Shown: positions 1 to 10,258, numbered from the stretch's first letter. The stretch: DNA of 64,000 nucleotides from Castellaniella sp. (GCF_047971665.1 NZ_JBKEAA010000021.1:24213-88212); one strand, 5' to 3'. The notes: generated by a model from the sequence alone, not told the origin. Program-made: numbers and translations.

Positions 1-1649
1 CGCTCGATGTGGTGGCCGATGGCCGTGTGAAATTCGTTCCCGAAAACTGGACCACCACCTATCACCAGTGGCTGGAAAAAATCCAGGACTGGTGCATTTC
101 CCGTCAGCTGTGGTGGGGCCACCAGATTCCCGCCTGGCACGCCCCGGACGGACGCATTTTCGTTGCCCGCAGTGCCGAGGAGGCCGAGCGTCAGGCCCGC
201 GCGGCGGGTGTCGAAGGCCCGCTGACACGCGATCCCGATGTGCTCGACACCTGGTTCTCGTCGGCCCTGGTGCCCTTTACCGACCTGGGCTGGCCGGACC
301 AGACGCCCGATCTGGCGCGCTACCTGCCGTCCAGCGTGCTGGTCACGGGCTTCGACATCATTTTCTTCTGGGTGGCACGCATGATCATGATGAGCATGCA
401 CCACACGGGCGAAGTGCCCTTCCATACGGTCTATGTTCACGGCCTGGTCTGCGACATGGAAGGCAAGAAAATGTCCAAGTCCAAGGGCAACATCATCGAC
501 CCGGTGGACCTCATCGACGGCATCGAGCTCGATCCGCTGGTCGCCAAGCGCACCGCCGGCCTGATGAACCCGAAACAGGCCGAGGCCATCCGCAAGCGCA
601 CTCGCAAGGACTATGCCGACGGCATCCCCGCCTACGGCGCCGACGCGCTGCGCTTTACCATGGCGGCCTACGCCACGCTGGGGCGCAACATCAATTTCGA
701 TCTCAAGCGCTGCGAGGGCTACCGGAATTTCTGCAACAAGCTCTGGAACGCCACCCGCTTTGTGCTGATGAACGTCGAAGGCCATGACCTGGGCCGGCCC
801 ACGCCCGGCGACCTGTCCTTCGCCGACCGCTGGATCATCGATGGCCTGCAGGGCCTGATCGACGATGTCGACGCCGGTTTCGAGCAGTATCGTTTCGATC
901 AGGTCGCCGACCGCCTGTATCACTTCATCTGGGATGAATACTGCGACTGGTATGTGGAGCTGGCCAAGGTCCGCCTGCAAACGGGGGACGCTACCCAGCA
1001 GGCCGCCGCGCGCCGCACCCTGATCCATGTACTGGAAACCCTGCTGCGCCTGATTCACCCGATCATGCCCTTCATCACCGAGGAGCTCTGGCAGAAAGTC
1101 TCGGTGGCGGCCGGGGTGCGGGACGCCGACACCGAGGCCAGCATCAGCGCTCAGCCCTGGCCGACGATCCGTGACGACCTGCGCGACGCCGCGGCGGCCG
1201 ACCGCATGAACGAACTGAAAGCGCTCACGGACGCGATTCGCGCGCTCCGCGGAGAAATGAACCTGGCGCCGGGCCTGCGCGTGCCGCTGCGGGTTCAGGA
1301 CGCACGGACTGGCCTGGACGAACTGGCCCCCTATCTGATGGCGCTGGCTCGGCTGGAAAGCGTCCAGATCATGGATCGCCTGCCCGACCTGGGCGCCCCC
1401 GTCCAGGTGGTCGGCACCACGCAGCTGATGCTGCACGTTGAGATCGATCCGCAGGCTGAACGCATCCGCCTGGACAAGGAGATCGGCCGCCTGGAAAAGG
1501 AGATCACCAAAGCGTCCGGCAAGCTGTCCAACGCCAGCTTCGTGGAACGCGCGCCGGCCACCGTCGTCGAACAGGAAAAGGCCCGGCTGGCCCAATTCGG
1601 CGAGACACTGGAACGGATCCGGGCGCAACGGGCGCGGCTCGGGGACTGA
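1..1649 (+). CDS. valS: Valine--tRNA ligase (5' truncated by window edge)
   Basis: [33 protein letters not shown] and KMSKS motifs; C-terminal coiled-coil arm. Confidence 0.98.
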   Translation, partial: LDVVADGRVKFVPENWTTTYHQWLEKIQDWCISRQLWWGHQIPAWHAPDGRIFVARSAEEAERQARAAGVEGPLTRDPDVLDTWFSSALVPFTDLGWPDQTPDLARYLPSSVLVTGFDIIFFWVARMIMMSMHHTGEVPFHTVYVHGLVCDMEGKKMSKSKGNIIDPVDLIDGIELDPLVAKRTAGLMNPKQAEAIRKRTRKDYADGIPAYGADALRFTMAAYATLGRNINFDLKRCEGYRNFCNKLWNATRFVLMNVEGHDLGRPTPGDLSFADRWIIDGLQGLIDDVDAGFEQYRFDQVADRLYHFIWDEYCDWYVELAKVRLQTGDATQQAAARRTLIHVLETLLRLIHPIMPFITEELWQKVSVAAGVRDADTEASISAQPWPTIRDDLRDAAAADRMNELKALTDAIRALRGEMNLAPGLRVPLRVQDARTGLDELAPYLMALARLESVQIMDRLPDLGAPVQVVGTTQLMLHVEIDPQAERIRLDKEIGRLEKEITKASGKLSNASFVERAPATVVEQEKARLAQFGETLERIRAQRARLGD

Positions 1650-1796
1650 CGCGTCTGCGGGCCACTGACGCGCATCCGGGCGAGCGGATGCGTCTCTCGG
1701 AGCCCTGACGCGCATCGCCCGGCCACGCCCCGCTCCGGCGCGGCCATGATCGGCACGGCGACCATGGCCCGCCGACACATCATGTAAAATGCGGCG

Positions 1797-1856
1797 TTCA
1801 GGGTGTCAGCCGCATCGGGCGGCGGGACAGGACAACGCGCAGGTCGGGCCGCCTCG
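1797..1856 (+). ncRNA. Probable nhaA-I motif (Li+-I riboswitch)
   Basis: GGGTGTC-[GCCGC/GCGGC stem]-GACAGG...GGTCGGGCCGCC lies just after a TAAAAT -10 (1785-1790) and just before the nhaA RBS. Matches my recollection of the nhaA-I consensus and its typical gene context. Confidence 0.75.
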
Positions 1857-1866
1857 CAAGGAACCC

Positions 1867-3216
1867 ATGCCCATGCCCAGAGCCCCCTCGCACGAGATTC
1901 CGCGCCCCCAACTGCTCGCCGAACGCGCCTTCGCTTCACTCGAACGCTTTCTCCACATCGAGGCTGTCAGTGGCGCCTTTCTTCTGCTGGCCGCCGCCGG
2001 GGCCTTGATCTGGGCCAACTCGCCCTACGCTTCCAGTTATGCCGCGCTCTGGCATGCACCGCTGTCCGTCGGACTGGGCGACCGGGTCTTTTCGCAATCG
2101 CTGCATTTCTGGATCAACGATGCCCTGATGACCGTGTTCTTCCTGGTCGTCGGCATGGAAATCCGGCGCGAGATCCACGAAGGCGCCCTCAGCGACTTGC
2201 GTCAGGCGGGCTTGCCACTGGCCGCCGCCCTCGGCGGCGTGGTCGTCCCGGCGCTCATCTACACGGCCCTGAACGCTGACCCGGCCAGCCGCGCGGGCTG
2301 GGCGGTCCCCACCGCTACCGACATCGCCTTCGCCGTCGGGGTGCTGGCACTGCTGGGCCGGTCGATTCCCGGCAATATCCGCGTATTCCTGCTGGCGCTG
2401 GCGATCATCGACGATATCGCCGCCGTGCTGATCATCGCCTTCTTCTATTCCGACGGACTCCAGTACAGTGGTTTCCTGGTAGCCTTGCTGGGCATCCTCA
2501 TGGTCGTCGGCCTGCAACGCATCGGCATCGGCTCGGCTCTGGTCTACGTGGCGCCGGGGGCGGTCATCTGGAGCGGGCTGCTCATGACCGGCGCCCACCC
2601 CACCCTGGCCGGCGTGATCCTGGGCATGATGACGCCGGTGCGCTCGGTTCCCATGCGCGAACAGCCGCTGGATGCCCTGTCACGCGCCATCGGCGATCTG
2701 CTTGGCCGCAAGGCCGAATCCAATCTGGATGTCGGCCAGCTGGCCGGGCCGCTCAGGCAGCTCCGCCTGGCCCAGCGCGAAATGCGCCCGCCCGTCGTGC
2801 GGGTGCAGACGGCGCTGCACCCCTGGGTCGCCTACGGGATCATGCCGCTATTCGCGCTGGCCAATGCCGGGGTCGCCCTGGATGGCGTGGATCTGTCCAT
2901 GCCGGGCCCGCAATGGGTCATGGTCGGCGTGGCCGTGGCGCTGGTGGCCGGCAAGGCCATCGGCGTAATCGGCGCAAGCTGGCTGGTGGTCCGCCTTGGC
3001 TGGTGCCGTCTGCCGCCCGGCGTGAGCTGGAATGGCGTCTGCCTGATCGGCCTGCTGGCGGGAATCGGATTCACGATGTCGATTTTCATCGCCATGCTGG
3101 CCTTCACCGACGAAAGCCTGCTGGCGGCGGCCAAGCTCGGGGTGCTGCTGGGCTCGTTGACGGCCGCGATCCTGGGCCTGGCCTGGGGCGTGGCGCTGGT
3201 GCGGCGGCGCGCCTGA
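1867..3216 (+). CDS. nhaA: Na+(Li+)/H+ antiporter NhaA
   Basis: [25 protein letters not shown] and GIGFTMSIF motifs; AAGGAA RBS before ATG 1867. Confidence 0.96.
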   Translation: MPMPRAPSHEIPRPQLLAERAFASLERFLHIEAVSGAFLLLAAAGALIWANSPYASSYAALWHAPLSVGLGDRVFSQSLHFWINDALMTVFFLVVGMEIRREIHEGALSDLRQAGLPLAAALGGVVVPALIYTALNADPASRAGWAVPTATDIAFAVGVLALLGRSIPGNIRVFLLALAIIDDIAAVLIIAFFYSDGLQYSGFLVALLGILMVVGLQRIGIGSALVYVAPGAVIWSGLLMTGAHPTLAGVILGMMTPVRSVPMREQPLDALSRAIGDLLGRKAESNLDVGQLAGPLRQLRLAQREMRPPVVRVQTALHPWVAYGIMPLFALANAGVALDGVDLSMPGPQWVMVGVAVALVAGKAIGVIGASWLVVRLGWCRLPPGVSWNGVCLIGLLAGIGFTMSIFIAMLAFTDESLLAAAKLGVLLGSLTAAILGLAWGVALVRRRA

Positions 3217-3314
3217 CCCTCGATGCGCCGGTCCCGGCGAGACGCCGGGACTGCCTCAGGAGATCGAGCCGGTCGCGCGCCGGATGCGCCGCGCGACCGG
3301 GGACACTGCGGGCC

Positions 3315-3512
3315 TCAATCCCGGGAATTCAGCGGGCACGTATGGATGCCCAACACGGCATACAGCGGGCAAAAGCGGAACAGGGCCGTCGCCACGGCCA
3401 CCAGCCCCAGCCAGCCCCACCAGCCGATGGTATCGCTGGCGGCCAGCACGATCAGGATGAGGCCGAGGACCAGCCGCAGAATGCGGTCGATCGTACCGAT
3501 ATTGAATTTCAT
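3315..3512 (-). CDS. DUF2892/YgaP-like small membrane protein
   Basis: N-x-G-x-x-D-R-x-x-R N-terminus, two TM segments, FCPLY..LGI.TC. Confidence 0.88.
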   Translation of the reverse strand: MKFNIGTIDRILRLVLGLILIVLAASDTIGWWGWLGLVAVATALFRFCPLYAVLGIHTCPLNSRD

Positions 3513-3589
3513 CAGGACTCCTTTGCAAGCAAGCAGGGCGCAAGGCCACTGCGGGAATCGCATCCCGGCGCCTGCGGAGCCGGGATGCA

Positions 3590-3910
3590 TCAAGGACAGA
3601 AGATCTGCTTCAGGGTCGCAATCAGCCGCTCGACATCGGCGTTGGCGATCCGGTAGTGCAAGGTCTGCGATTCGCGCCGATAGGTCACCAGCCCCTCGTC
3701 GCGCATGCGCGCCAGGTGCTGGGACAGCGCCGACTGGCTGAGCGGCAGCCGATCCAGCAAGGCCCCCACGGGCAGTTCTCCCCATTCGATCAACAGGCAC
3801 AGAATCAGCAGACGGTGCTCGTTGCCCGCGGTGCGCAACAGCGCAGCCGCGCGCGCCGCGCCCGCCTGCATGAAATCCTGATTCTGCGTTTCTTGTAGCA
3901 TGGCCGCCAT
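3590..3910 (-). CDS. ArsR/SmtB repressor, BigR/SqrR/YgaV-like persulfide sensor
   Basis: HTH LSQSALSQHLARMR; Cys in helix 2 (LILC) and at the C-terminus (IFCP). Confidence 0.88.
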   Translation of the reverse strand: MAAMLQETQNQDFMQAGAARAAALLRTAGNEHRLLILCLLIEWGELPVGALLDRLPLSQSALSQHLARMRDEGLVTYRRESQTLHYRIANADVERLIATLKQIFCP

Positions 3911-3923
3911 GCGGATTCCTTGT

Positions 3924-3966
3924 TCTATATCAGTTTTATCTAATTTAGATTCTTCTTGATTATAGA
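3924..3966 (-). promoter_or_regulatory. Promoter and putative ArsR autoregulatory operator
   Basis: Perfect TATAAT on the minus strand (3959-3964) followed by palindrome ATCTAA-T-TTAGAT (3938-3950) in an AT-rich patch. Confidence 0.6.
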
Positions 3967-4049
3967 CCGGGGCATGCCGCATCCAGGCACGGCCCGTCCA
4001 GAAAGCCGGGGCGCGCGACCTGCCCGGGAAATCGAAGCGCGATACCCGC

Positions 4050-4214
4050 TCAGAAAGTCGAGGCGCAATGCCCGCCGCTGGGCGCCACGCCGGAGCCGAC
4101 CGCGATCAGCGGCGGCTCGGCGCGCACATTGACCGGAGCGCTGCTGGTCCAGTCCCAGGCGAAAAAGCCGACCAGCGTCAGCCAGAAAACAACCGCCAGC
4201 ATCCTGAATCTCAT
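4050..4214 (-). CDS. 54-aa single-pass membrane protein with C-terminal GGHC
   Basis: Strong AAGGAGG RBS, 10 nt downstream of the yeeE stop; N-terminal hydrophobic helix. Confidence 0.65.
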   Translation of the reverse strand: MRFRMLAVVFWLTLVGFFAWDWTSSAPVNVRAEPPLIAVGSGVAPSGGHCASTF

Positions 4215-4224
4215 GGTGCCTCCT

Positions 4225-5304
4225 TCAGAAAGCACAACGACGGCGCACGCGCACACCGACCAGGGAACCCAGGAACGCCATGGGCACCCAGATCCAGCCA
4301 TGCAGACTGCCAGTCGAAATCCCGCTGACCATGGCGCCGATGTTGCAGCCAAACGCCAGTCTCGAGCTATAGCCCAGCAGCAGGCCCGCAGCCAGCCCCA
4401 CCGCCCACTGGACGCCGGTCAGAGGCTTGACGGCAGAGGCCGGCTTGCCTGCCGCGATCCACAGGGCGCCGGCCAGGATGCCGATATTGGTGATCGAAGT
4501 GACATCCAGAAAGACCGATTGCGACAGCGTCGTCACATTGACCGGTTCGCTCCAGAACGCATTGACCGACGGGTCGAACCAGTGCGCCGCCGTGGCGAGC
4601 TTGGCCGCCCACAGGCCAAAGCCGTAGACGATTCCCCAGGGCTGGCCGGCAATGACGAGATTCAGCACCGCCAGGACCGCCAGCAGCAGTGCGCCCCACA
4701 ACAGCGTGCGATCCCACAGCGGGGTCATGCGGCCCGTCCATCGCACCACACCGACACCCACCAGGGCGAGGCCGGCCAGCGTCACCAGCAGCGCGACCGG
4801 CGCGCCGAAATGCGCCACCAGTCCATAGGGCGGCAAGGCGCCCAGGGCCAGCCAGCGGTCCAGCGTGGCCGACCCCAGAAAGCTGCCGGCGGCGAACAGC
4901 GGCAGAATCGCCATGTTCAGGGGAATGCCCAACCCTGCCTTGTACAACGTGCCCGAGCCGCAGCCATCGGCCACCTGCATGCAGGCGCCAAAGACAAAAG
5001 CGCCTACGATCAGACTGACGCTGGGCGGCCCGAGCGCGGCGCCCAGATCGGTCGGATAGACGGCCAGCAGGGGCATGGACACCGCCGCCGCGATCGCCAG
5101 CAGCACCAGCTGCGCCAGCACTCCGGAGGGATCGCGCTGCTCGATCAGCCGGCGCCAGCCCGTGGTGAATCCAAAACGCGCGCCCGCCAGGACCGCCCCC
5201 AGGCCAACCCCTACCAGAAACAGCAGCGCCTGGCGCAACGCCACGGACCAGGCCAAAAAGACACAGAAAGCGGCGATGGGCACCGCCAGAGAAAGTCGTT
5301 TCAT
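4225..5304 (-). CDS. YeeE/YedE family sulfur-compound (thiosulfate) transporter
   Basis: Multi-TM; GCGSGTL and SRLAFGCNIGA Cys motifs; next to a rhodanese. Confidence 0.9.
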   Translation of the reverse strand: MKRLSLAVPIAAFCVFLAWSVALRQALLFLVGVGLGAVLAGARFGFTTGWRRLIEQRDPSGVLAQLVLLAIAAAVSMPLLAVYPTDLGAALGPPSVSLIVGAFVFGACMQVADGCGSGTLYKAGLGIPLNMAILPLFAAGSFLGSATLDRWLALGALPPYGLVAHFGAPVALLVTLAGLALVGVGVVRWTGRMTPLWDRTLLWGALLLAVLAVLNLVIAGQPWGIVYGFGLWAAKLATAAHWFDPSVNAFWSEPVNVTTLSQSVFLDVTSITNIGILAGALWIAAGKPASAVKPLTGVQWAVGLAAGLLLGYSSRLAFGCNIGAMVSGISTGSLHGWIWVPMAFLGSLVGVRVRRRCAF

Positions 5305-5376
5305 GATCCGTTGCGATCAGGGTCGCCCGCCGTCATCAGAAAAATGCGATCCGGGTGGTCGGGATCCCGGGGCCCG

Positions 5377-6315
5377 CTAGCCGAACACCCCCTTGATCTT
5401 GTCCAGGATCTGGCTGCCGCGGCCGGGCACATGATCCATTGGCCGGTTCGGATCCTGAGACCATTCGGCCAGGGATTCGGGATACAGCCGCACGTTTTTC
5501 CGCCCCACCACCTCGGAGAGAGCGAACCAGTCGGTAGCCGCCCAATGCCCTGTATTGCAGAACGAGATCGTCTCCGATTTCGGATCGGGCAGGAGCCGGG
5601 CGGCGAGTTCGCGCGCCTCGTCGGTCGAGACGAAGACGGAGGTGCCGGGCTTGAACCAGCGGGCATTTTCCACATTGACCGCACCCTGGATCGTCCCGGG
5701 CACCTGCGCCGTTGGCGCCTTGACCTTGCCGAGATAGAAATCCGAGGGACGGGCATCCACCAATTGAACCTGCGCATTGCCGACCCGGGCGGCCACCTGT
5801 TGAGTCGTGACGATGATGGACTCGTTCAGCGTCGGCTCGAACGTGGTCGTGGAGACCGACGGTGCGGCCTGATCCTGAGGCAATCCGGCATCGGCCCAGG
5901 CCTTGAGCCCGCCATTCAGAATCGACAGGTTCTCCAGGCCCAGATACTTCAAGGTCCAGTACACCCGCGCGGAAGCGCCGAAATCGGAACTGTCGGCGCC
6001 GGAGGACACCACCACCGCCTGCGTGCCCCGATCAACCCCCAGGTCACGCACCAGCTGCGTCAGGGTGTCCAGGGCCGGCAGCTGGCCGGGGTTGGCGGCC
6101 GGACCGCGCCAGCGCGGGTAAGGCGCCGATACGGCCCCCGGAATGTGGCCGGCGGCATAGGCTTCGGCCGGCCGGATATCAATCACCCGCACCGAGGGCT
6201 GCTGCCTGACGCCATCGAGCTCGGGCGGCGTCAGGAGCGGCTGGGCCGCCCAGGCGACCGAGGAAGCCTCGAGCGTCAGGAAAACCGCCCCCAGAAAAAA
6301 AGACTGGAATCTCAT
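5377..6315 (-). CDS. Exported tandem-domain rhodanese/sulfurtransferase
   Basis: Signal peptide (AWA|AQP), GHIPGA, LNGG, LVDARP; active loop FCNTGHWAA. Confidence 0.9.
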   Translation of the reverse strand: MRFQSFFLGAVFLTLEASSVAWAAQPLLTPPELDGVRQQPSVRVIDIRPAEAYAAGHIPGAVSAPYPRWRGPAANPGQLPALDTLTQLVRDLGVDRGTQAVVVSSGADSSDFGASARVYWTLKYLGLENLSILNGGLKAWADAGLPQDQAAPSVSTTTFEPTLNESIIVTTQQVAARVGNAQVQLVDARPSDFYLGKVKAPTAQVPGTIQGAVNVENARWFKPGTSVFVSTDEARELAARLLPDPKSETISFCNTGHWAATDWFALSEVVGRKNVRLYPESLAEWSQDPNRPMDHVPGRGSQILDKIKGVFG

Positions 6316-6496
6316 GATGGAGCCTTTGGAAAAGAGGGAATCAATCATGCATTCTCCCAGATTCGATCACGCTTCCAGCGATACTCATAAAGCTTAAAGT
6401 AATATGCGCGACCCGCGCCTGGACGCCCGGGCCAAGACCCAGGCCCGACCTGCCCCACCCCGGACAAAGCACGGGCCGACGCGCGCCCGCCTGGGC

Positions 6497-7396
6497 TCAG
6501 GTCCGCAGCGGCCCGGCCAGATTGGCGGGAATCCCCTGGATCACCCGGGCGGCGCTTTCGGTGGCGGCGGTTAGCGCCGCCTGAGGCGCCGCACCGCTGG
6601 CCCAGGCATGAACGAAAGCCGACGCAAAGGCATCGCCCGCGCCTATCGTGGAGAGTGGCTCGACGATCCTGGCGGGATGGAAGTGGCCCTGTCCGCCGTC
6701 ATGAAACAGCGCGCCGCCCTGCCCCAGCGTCACCAGGACGGACTGGCCGGGCCGGCGCAACAGCCGCCGAGCAAGATCCCGGGCGATCTCCGGCGAAGGC
6801 GCATCGGTATCCAGGGAGCCGTCATCGCACAGCCGGGCCGCCTCGCGCGCATTGACGCACAACAGGTCAGCGCGATCCCAGAGACCACGCAGCGCCTGGG
6901 GGTCAGCCAGCTGGCGCGCCCCGGGCGTCACCGCCAGGCGATGGCGCGAGACGGTCAGGCGCGCCAGCGCCTGCTCCAGCCAGGCCTGGGATTCCAGAGA
7001 CAGTCCGGTGACATACACGACATCCGCCGCCTCCAGGCCGGGAAAGCCCTGTTCCCCGACCCAGGCGCTGGCGCCGCGCTGCGCATAGGCGCGCGCCGCA
7101 CCGGTCTCGTCCACCATGACCACGGCCTTGCCCGTGGGCAGCGCATGGTCGGCAATGGCGGTCTGGATACCATGACGGCGCAGCAGATCGCGCAACAGAT
7201 CGCCCTCGAGGTCGTGACCGACGCAGGCATGCACGGTGACGTGGACGCCGCGCGCGGCCACGTTCAGCGCCGCATTGACCGCCCCGCCCCCTGCGTACAG
7301 GCCGATGTGCTCGACATCCTGCTTGGCGGCGCGCATGGGCTGGACGCGGGAGACGACGATGTCGACAACCGCCGCGCCGATGGTCGTGAATTGCAT
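6497..7396 (-). CDS. PfkB family carbohydrate kinase
   Basis: GGGAVNAA N-terminal signature, NAREA, VTLGQGG, TIGAGDAF. Confidence 0.88.
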   Translation of the reverse strand: MQFTTIGAAVVDIVVSRVQPMRAAKQDVEHIGLYAGGGAVNAALNVAARGVHVTVHACVGHDLEGDLLRDLLRRHGIQTAIADHALPTGKAVVMVDETGAARAYAQRGASAWVGEQGFPGLEAADVVYVTGLSLESQAWLEQALARLTVSRHRLAVTPGARQLADPQALRGLWDRADLLCVNAREAARLCDDGSLDTDAPSPEIARDLARRLLRRPGQSVLVTLGQGGALFHDGGQGHFHPARIVEPLSTIGAGDAFASAFVHAWASGAAPQAALTAATESAARVIQGIPANLAGPLRT

Positions 7397-7398
7397 GA

Positions 7399-8265
7399 TC
7401 AGGCGATCTTGTCCTGGGTCCGCGTGTCGAAATCCGACGCGTCGTGGCGCTCCCGGAGCTGTTGCGCCGAATCGCCGGACAACCGGTTCACCATCCGGCC
7501 GCGCTGGACCGCCGGACGCTCGCCGATGGCCTGAGCCCAGCACAGCGCATGACGGTAGTCGCGGGTCGACAGGAATTCTTCCGCGCCATAGACTTGATGC
7601 AGCAGCAGCCCGCCATACCAGGGCCAGATCGCCATGTCGGCGATGGTATAGGTATCCCCCGCCACAAACGCATGATCGGCCAGACGCTTGTCGAGCACAT
7701 CCAGCTGACGCTTGACCTCCATGGCGAAACGGTTGATGGCGTACTCGATCTTCACAGGCGCATAGGCGTAGAAATGCCCGAACCCGCCACCCAGATACGG
7801 CGTACTGCCGACCTGCCAGAACAGCCACGACAGACATTCGGCCCGGGCGGCCGGCGCGGTCGGCAAAAAGACACCGAATTTTTCCGCCAGATACGTCAGG
7901 ATCGCGCCGGACTCGAACACCCGGACGGGCGCCGGACCGCTGCGGTCCACCAGCGCGGGGATCTTGGAATTGGGATTGACGTCGACAAAGCCGCTGCCGA
8001 ACTGGTCGCCTTCGCCGATACGGATCAGCCAGGCATCGTACTCCGCCTGCGCATGCCCTTGCGCCAGCAATTCTTCGAGCATGATCGTGACCTTGACCCC
8101 GTTGGGCGTGCCCTGCGAATAAAGCTGCAGCGGATGCTTGCCGACCGGAAGCTCACGCTCGTGCGTGGGGCCGGAAACGGGACGATTGATGTTGGCAAAC
8201 CGGCCTCCGCTGGGCTGATCCCAGGTCCAGACCCTGGGCGGTTGGTATTCGGGTATCTGACTCAT
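7399..8265 (-). CDS. yghU: Glutathione-dependent disulfide-bond oxidoreductase (Nu-class GST)
   Basis: 288 aa; INRPVSG, TPNGVKV, NPNSKIPAL, FESGAIL, QLRERHDASDF. Confidence 0.95.
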   Translation of the reverse strand: MSQIPEYQPPRVWTWDQPSGGRFANINRPVSGPTHERELPVGKHPLQLYSQGTPNGVKVTIMLEELLAQGHAQAEYDAWLIRIGEGDQFGSGFVDVNPNSKIPALVDRSGPAPVRVFESGAILTYLAEKFGVFLPTAPAARAECLSWLFWQVGSTPYLGGGFGHFYAYAPVKIEYAINRFAMEVKRQLDVLDKRLADHAFVAGDTYTIADMAIWPWYGGLLLHQVYGAEEFLSTRDYRHALCWAQAIGERPAVQRGRMVNRLSGDSAQQLRERHDASDFDTRTQDKIA

Positions 8266-8464
8266 GCGGCATGCTCCTGATGGCCTCCCAGACGGGGCGG
8301 CGCGATCAAAGTTTACAGTAACCCCACCGGGCCGACGGCACTCGATGCCGCCGGGCATCAGGCCCCGCAACGACAGGGACATGCCGGCTTTCGCTGGACG
8401 AACCCCCTGGACGGCCCTATGATCTGCCTTACCTCAACTATCGAATACTTCAAAGGAGCAGAGG

Positions 8465-8713
8465 ATGGGCATCATCAGCATGATTGTCGTCGGATTCATC
8501 ATCGGTCTGATCGCGCGGGCGATCATGCCCGGCGATCAGAAGCTGGGCTTGATCCTGACCACGGTCCTGGGCATTGTCGGCTCGGTCGTGGCCGGCTACC
8601 TGGGCGGCGCGATGGGCATCTATCAACCCGGCCAGGGGGCGGGCTGGATCGGCTCCATCGTCGGCGCCCTGATCGTGCTGTTCGTCTACACCAAGTTCAT
8701 CCAGAAGGGCTGA
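8465..8713 (+). CDS. GlsB/YeaQ/YmgE family stress-response membrane protein
   Basis: GxIxGLIARxIMPG and LGIVGS motifs; three TM segments. Confidence 0.9.
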   Translation: MGIISMIVVGFIIGLIARAIMPGDQKLGLILTTVLGIVGSVVAGYLGGAMGIYQPGQGAGWIGSIVGALIVLFVYTKFIQKG

Positions 8714-8725
8714 GCGGTCGCACCG

Positions 8726-8959
8726 TCAGTAGTGCGGCGGCCGCTCATCGGCGCCGCCGCCCGGTCCGGGCGCGCTGCCCGCCGCGAGCTGCTGGCGCAA
8801 TGCCAGCAGCTCGCGCGCCAGTGACTCGATCTGCTGTTGCTGGCGAAAGACCGTACGGTTCAGCTGATCCAGCAGGTCGTCGGCATAGGCCGCCTTGACC
8901 TCCAGATCCATCAGGCGTTTTTCCTGGGCAACGGCGAGATCGGCGTCGGTTTGATTCAT
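8726..8959 (-). CDS. slyX: SlyX family protein
   Basis: RLxDLEVK, coiled coil, C-terminal ERPPHY. Confidence 0.92.
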   Translation of the reverse strand: MNQTDADLAVAQEKRLMDLEVKAAYADDLLDQLNRTVFRQQQQIESLARELLALRQQLAAGSAPGPGGGADERPPHY

Positions 8960-8980
8960 CGTGTGTGTCCTACCGGAATG

Positions 8981-10258
8981 TCAGGATTCAGGCGCGGCCG
9001 GGACCAGGAAATCAGCCAGCAGACTGGCCATCACCTGCGTGGCGCCGCGCAGATCATCCAGCATAACGTGTTCGTCGGCCTGTTTGGCGCGCGACTCCAG
9101 GACGGTGCGCGGCCCGGCCCCGTACATGACCGTCGGCACGCCGTGCTCGGCATACAGGCGGGCGTCGGCGTACAACGGTGTGCCCAGGGCGGGAATGTCC
9201 TCGCCGAACACTGCACGCGCATGCGTGCGCAGGCTGGCGACCAGCCTTTCGTGACCGGGCAGCGGTCGCAGCGCCCGCGCCAGCAGGAGGCGGCGCACCG
9301 CCACAGTGATCCCGGGCGAGCCGGCCACCGCAGCGCCGATGAAGGCGCGCACCCCGGCTTCGACCCTCTCGGGGTCCTCCTCGGGGATCAGGCGGCGATC
9401 CAGCTTCAGCACCACCCTGCCCGGCACCACATTGATATGCGTGCCGCCCTCGATGCGACCCACGATCATGGTGGAATGCGTGATGCCCTCGATGCGCGAC
9501 ACGATGCCGTCGAGCCTGTCGGCCTGACGATAGATCTCGTCCAGGATGCGGCTGGCCGCCCGCAGGGCATCATGCCCGGTCCGGGGTGCGGAACCGTGCG
9601 TGGCCTTGCCCTGGACAGTGATCTCGAACTGCAGGCAGCCATTGTGCGCCGTGACCACGGCATGGCTGAAACTGGCGCAGATCGCATAGTCCGGTTTTGT
9701 CAGGCCATGCGCCAGCAGCCAGCCCGGCCCCTTGAGTCCGCTAAATTCCTCGTCATGGGTGAAATGCAATTCCACGCTGCCCTCGAGGGACGCGCCGCAG
9801 GTCTCCAGCGCACGCACCGCCTGCAGATAGGTCGTGAAATCACTCTTGGACACCGCCGAGGCCCGGCCGTAGAGACGGCCGTCCACGACTGCGCCGCCAT
9901 AGGGGTCATGGGTCCATCCCTCGCCCGGCGGCACCACATCGCCATGGGCGTTGAGCGCCAGCACAGGTCCTCCCGCGCCATAGCGACGGCGCGCGATCAG
10001 ATTGGTGATGCTGCGCATGCCATAGGCCTGCGTCTCCTCGTCCGGCACCGGGTGGCGCTCGACATCCCAGCCCCATCCTTCCAGAATCGCAGCCACGGCC
10101 TCGGCATGCGGGGCGTTGTCGCCCGGCGGCGTGTCGGTGGGCACAGCGATCAGGCGCTGCAGCAGCGCCACCTGCGCATCGAAATGGGCGTCCACCCAGG
10201 CATGCAGGGCCGCATGCAGGGCGCGGGGGGCGGAGGACGGCGAGGTGTTCATGCGCAC
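8981..10258 (-). CDS. M20 family (ArgE/DapE-like) metallo-amidohydrolase, atypical ligands
   Basis: NAHGDVVP, HDEE, GGTHINVVP; 3 nt downstream of alc. Confidence 0.85.
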   Translation of the reverse strand: MRMNTSPSSAPRALHAALHAWVDAHFDAQVALLQRLIAVPTDTPPGDNAPHAEAVAAILEGWGWDVERHPVPDEETQAYGMRSITNLIARRRYGAGGPVLALNAHGDVVPPGEGWTHDPYGGAVVDGRLYGRASAVSKSDFTTYLQAVRALETCGASLEGSVELHFTHDEEFSGLKGPGWLLAHGLTKPDYAICASFSHAVVTAHNGCLQFEITVQGKATHGSAPRTGHDALRAASRILDEIYRQADRLDGIVSRIEGITHSTMIVGRIEGGTHINVVPGRVVLKLDRRLIPEEDPERVEAGVRAFIGAAVAGSPGITVAVRRLLLARALRPLPGHERLVASLRTHARAVFGEDIPALGTPLYADARLYAEHGVPTVMYGAGPRTVLESRAKQADEHVMLDDLRGATQVMASLLADFLVPAAPES

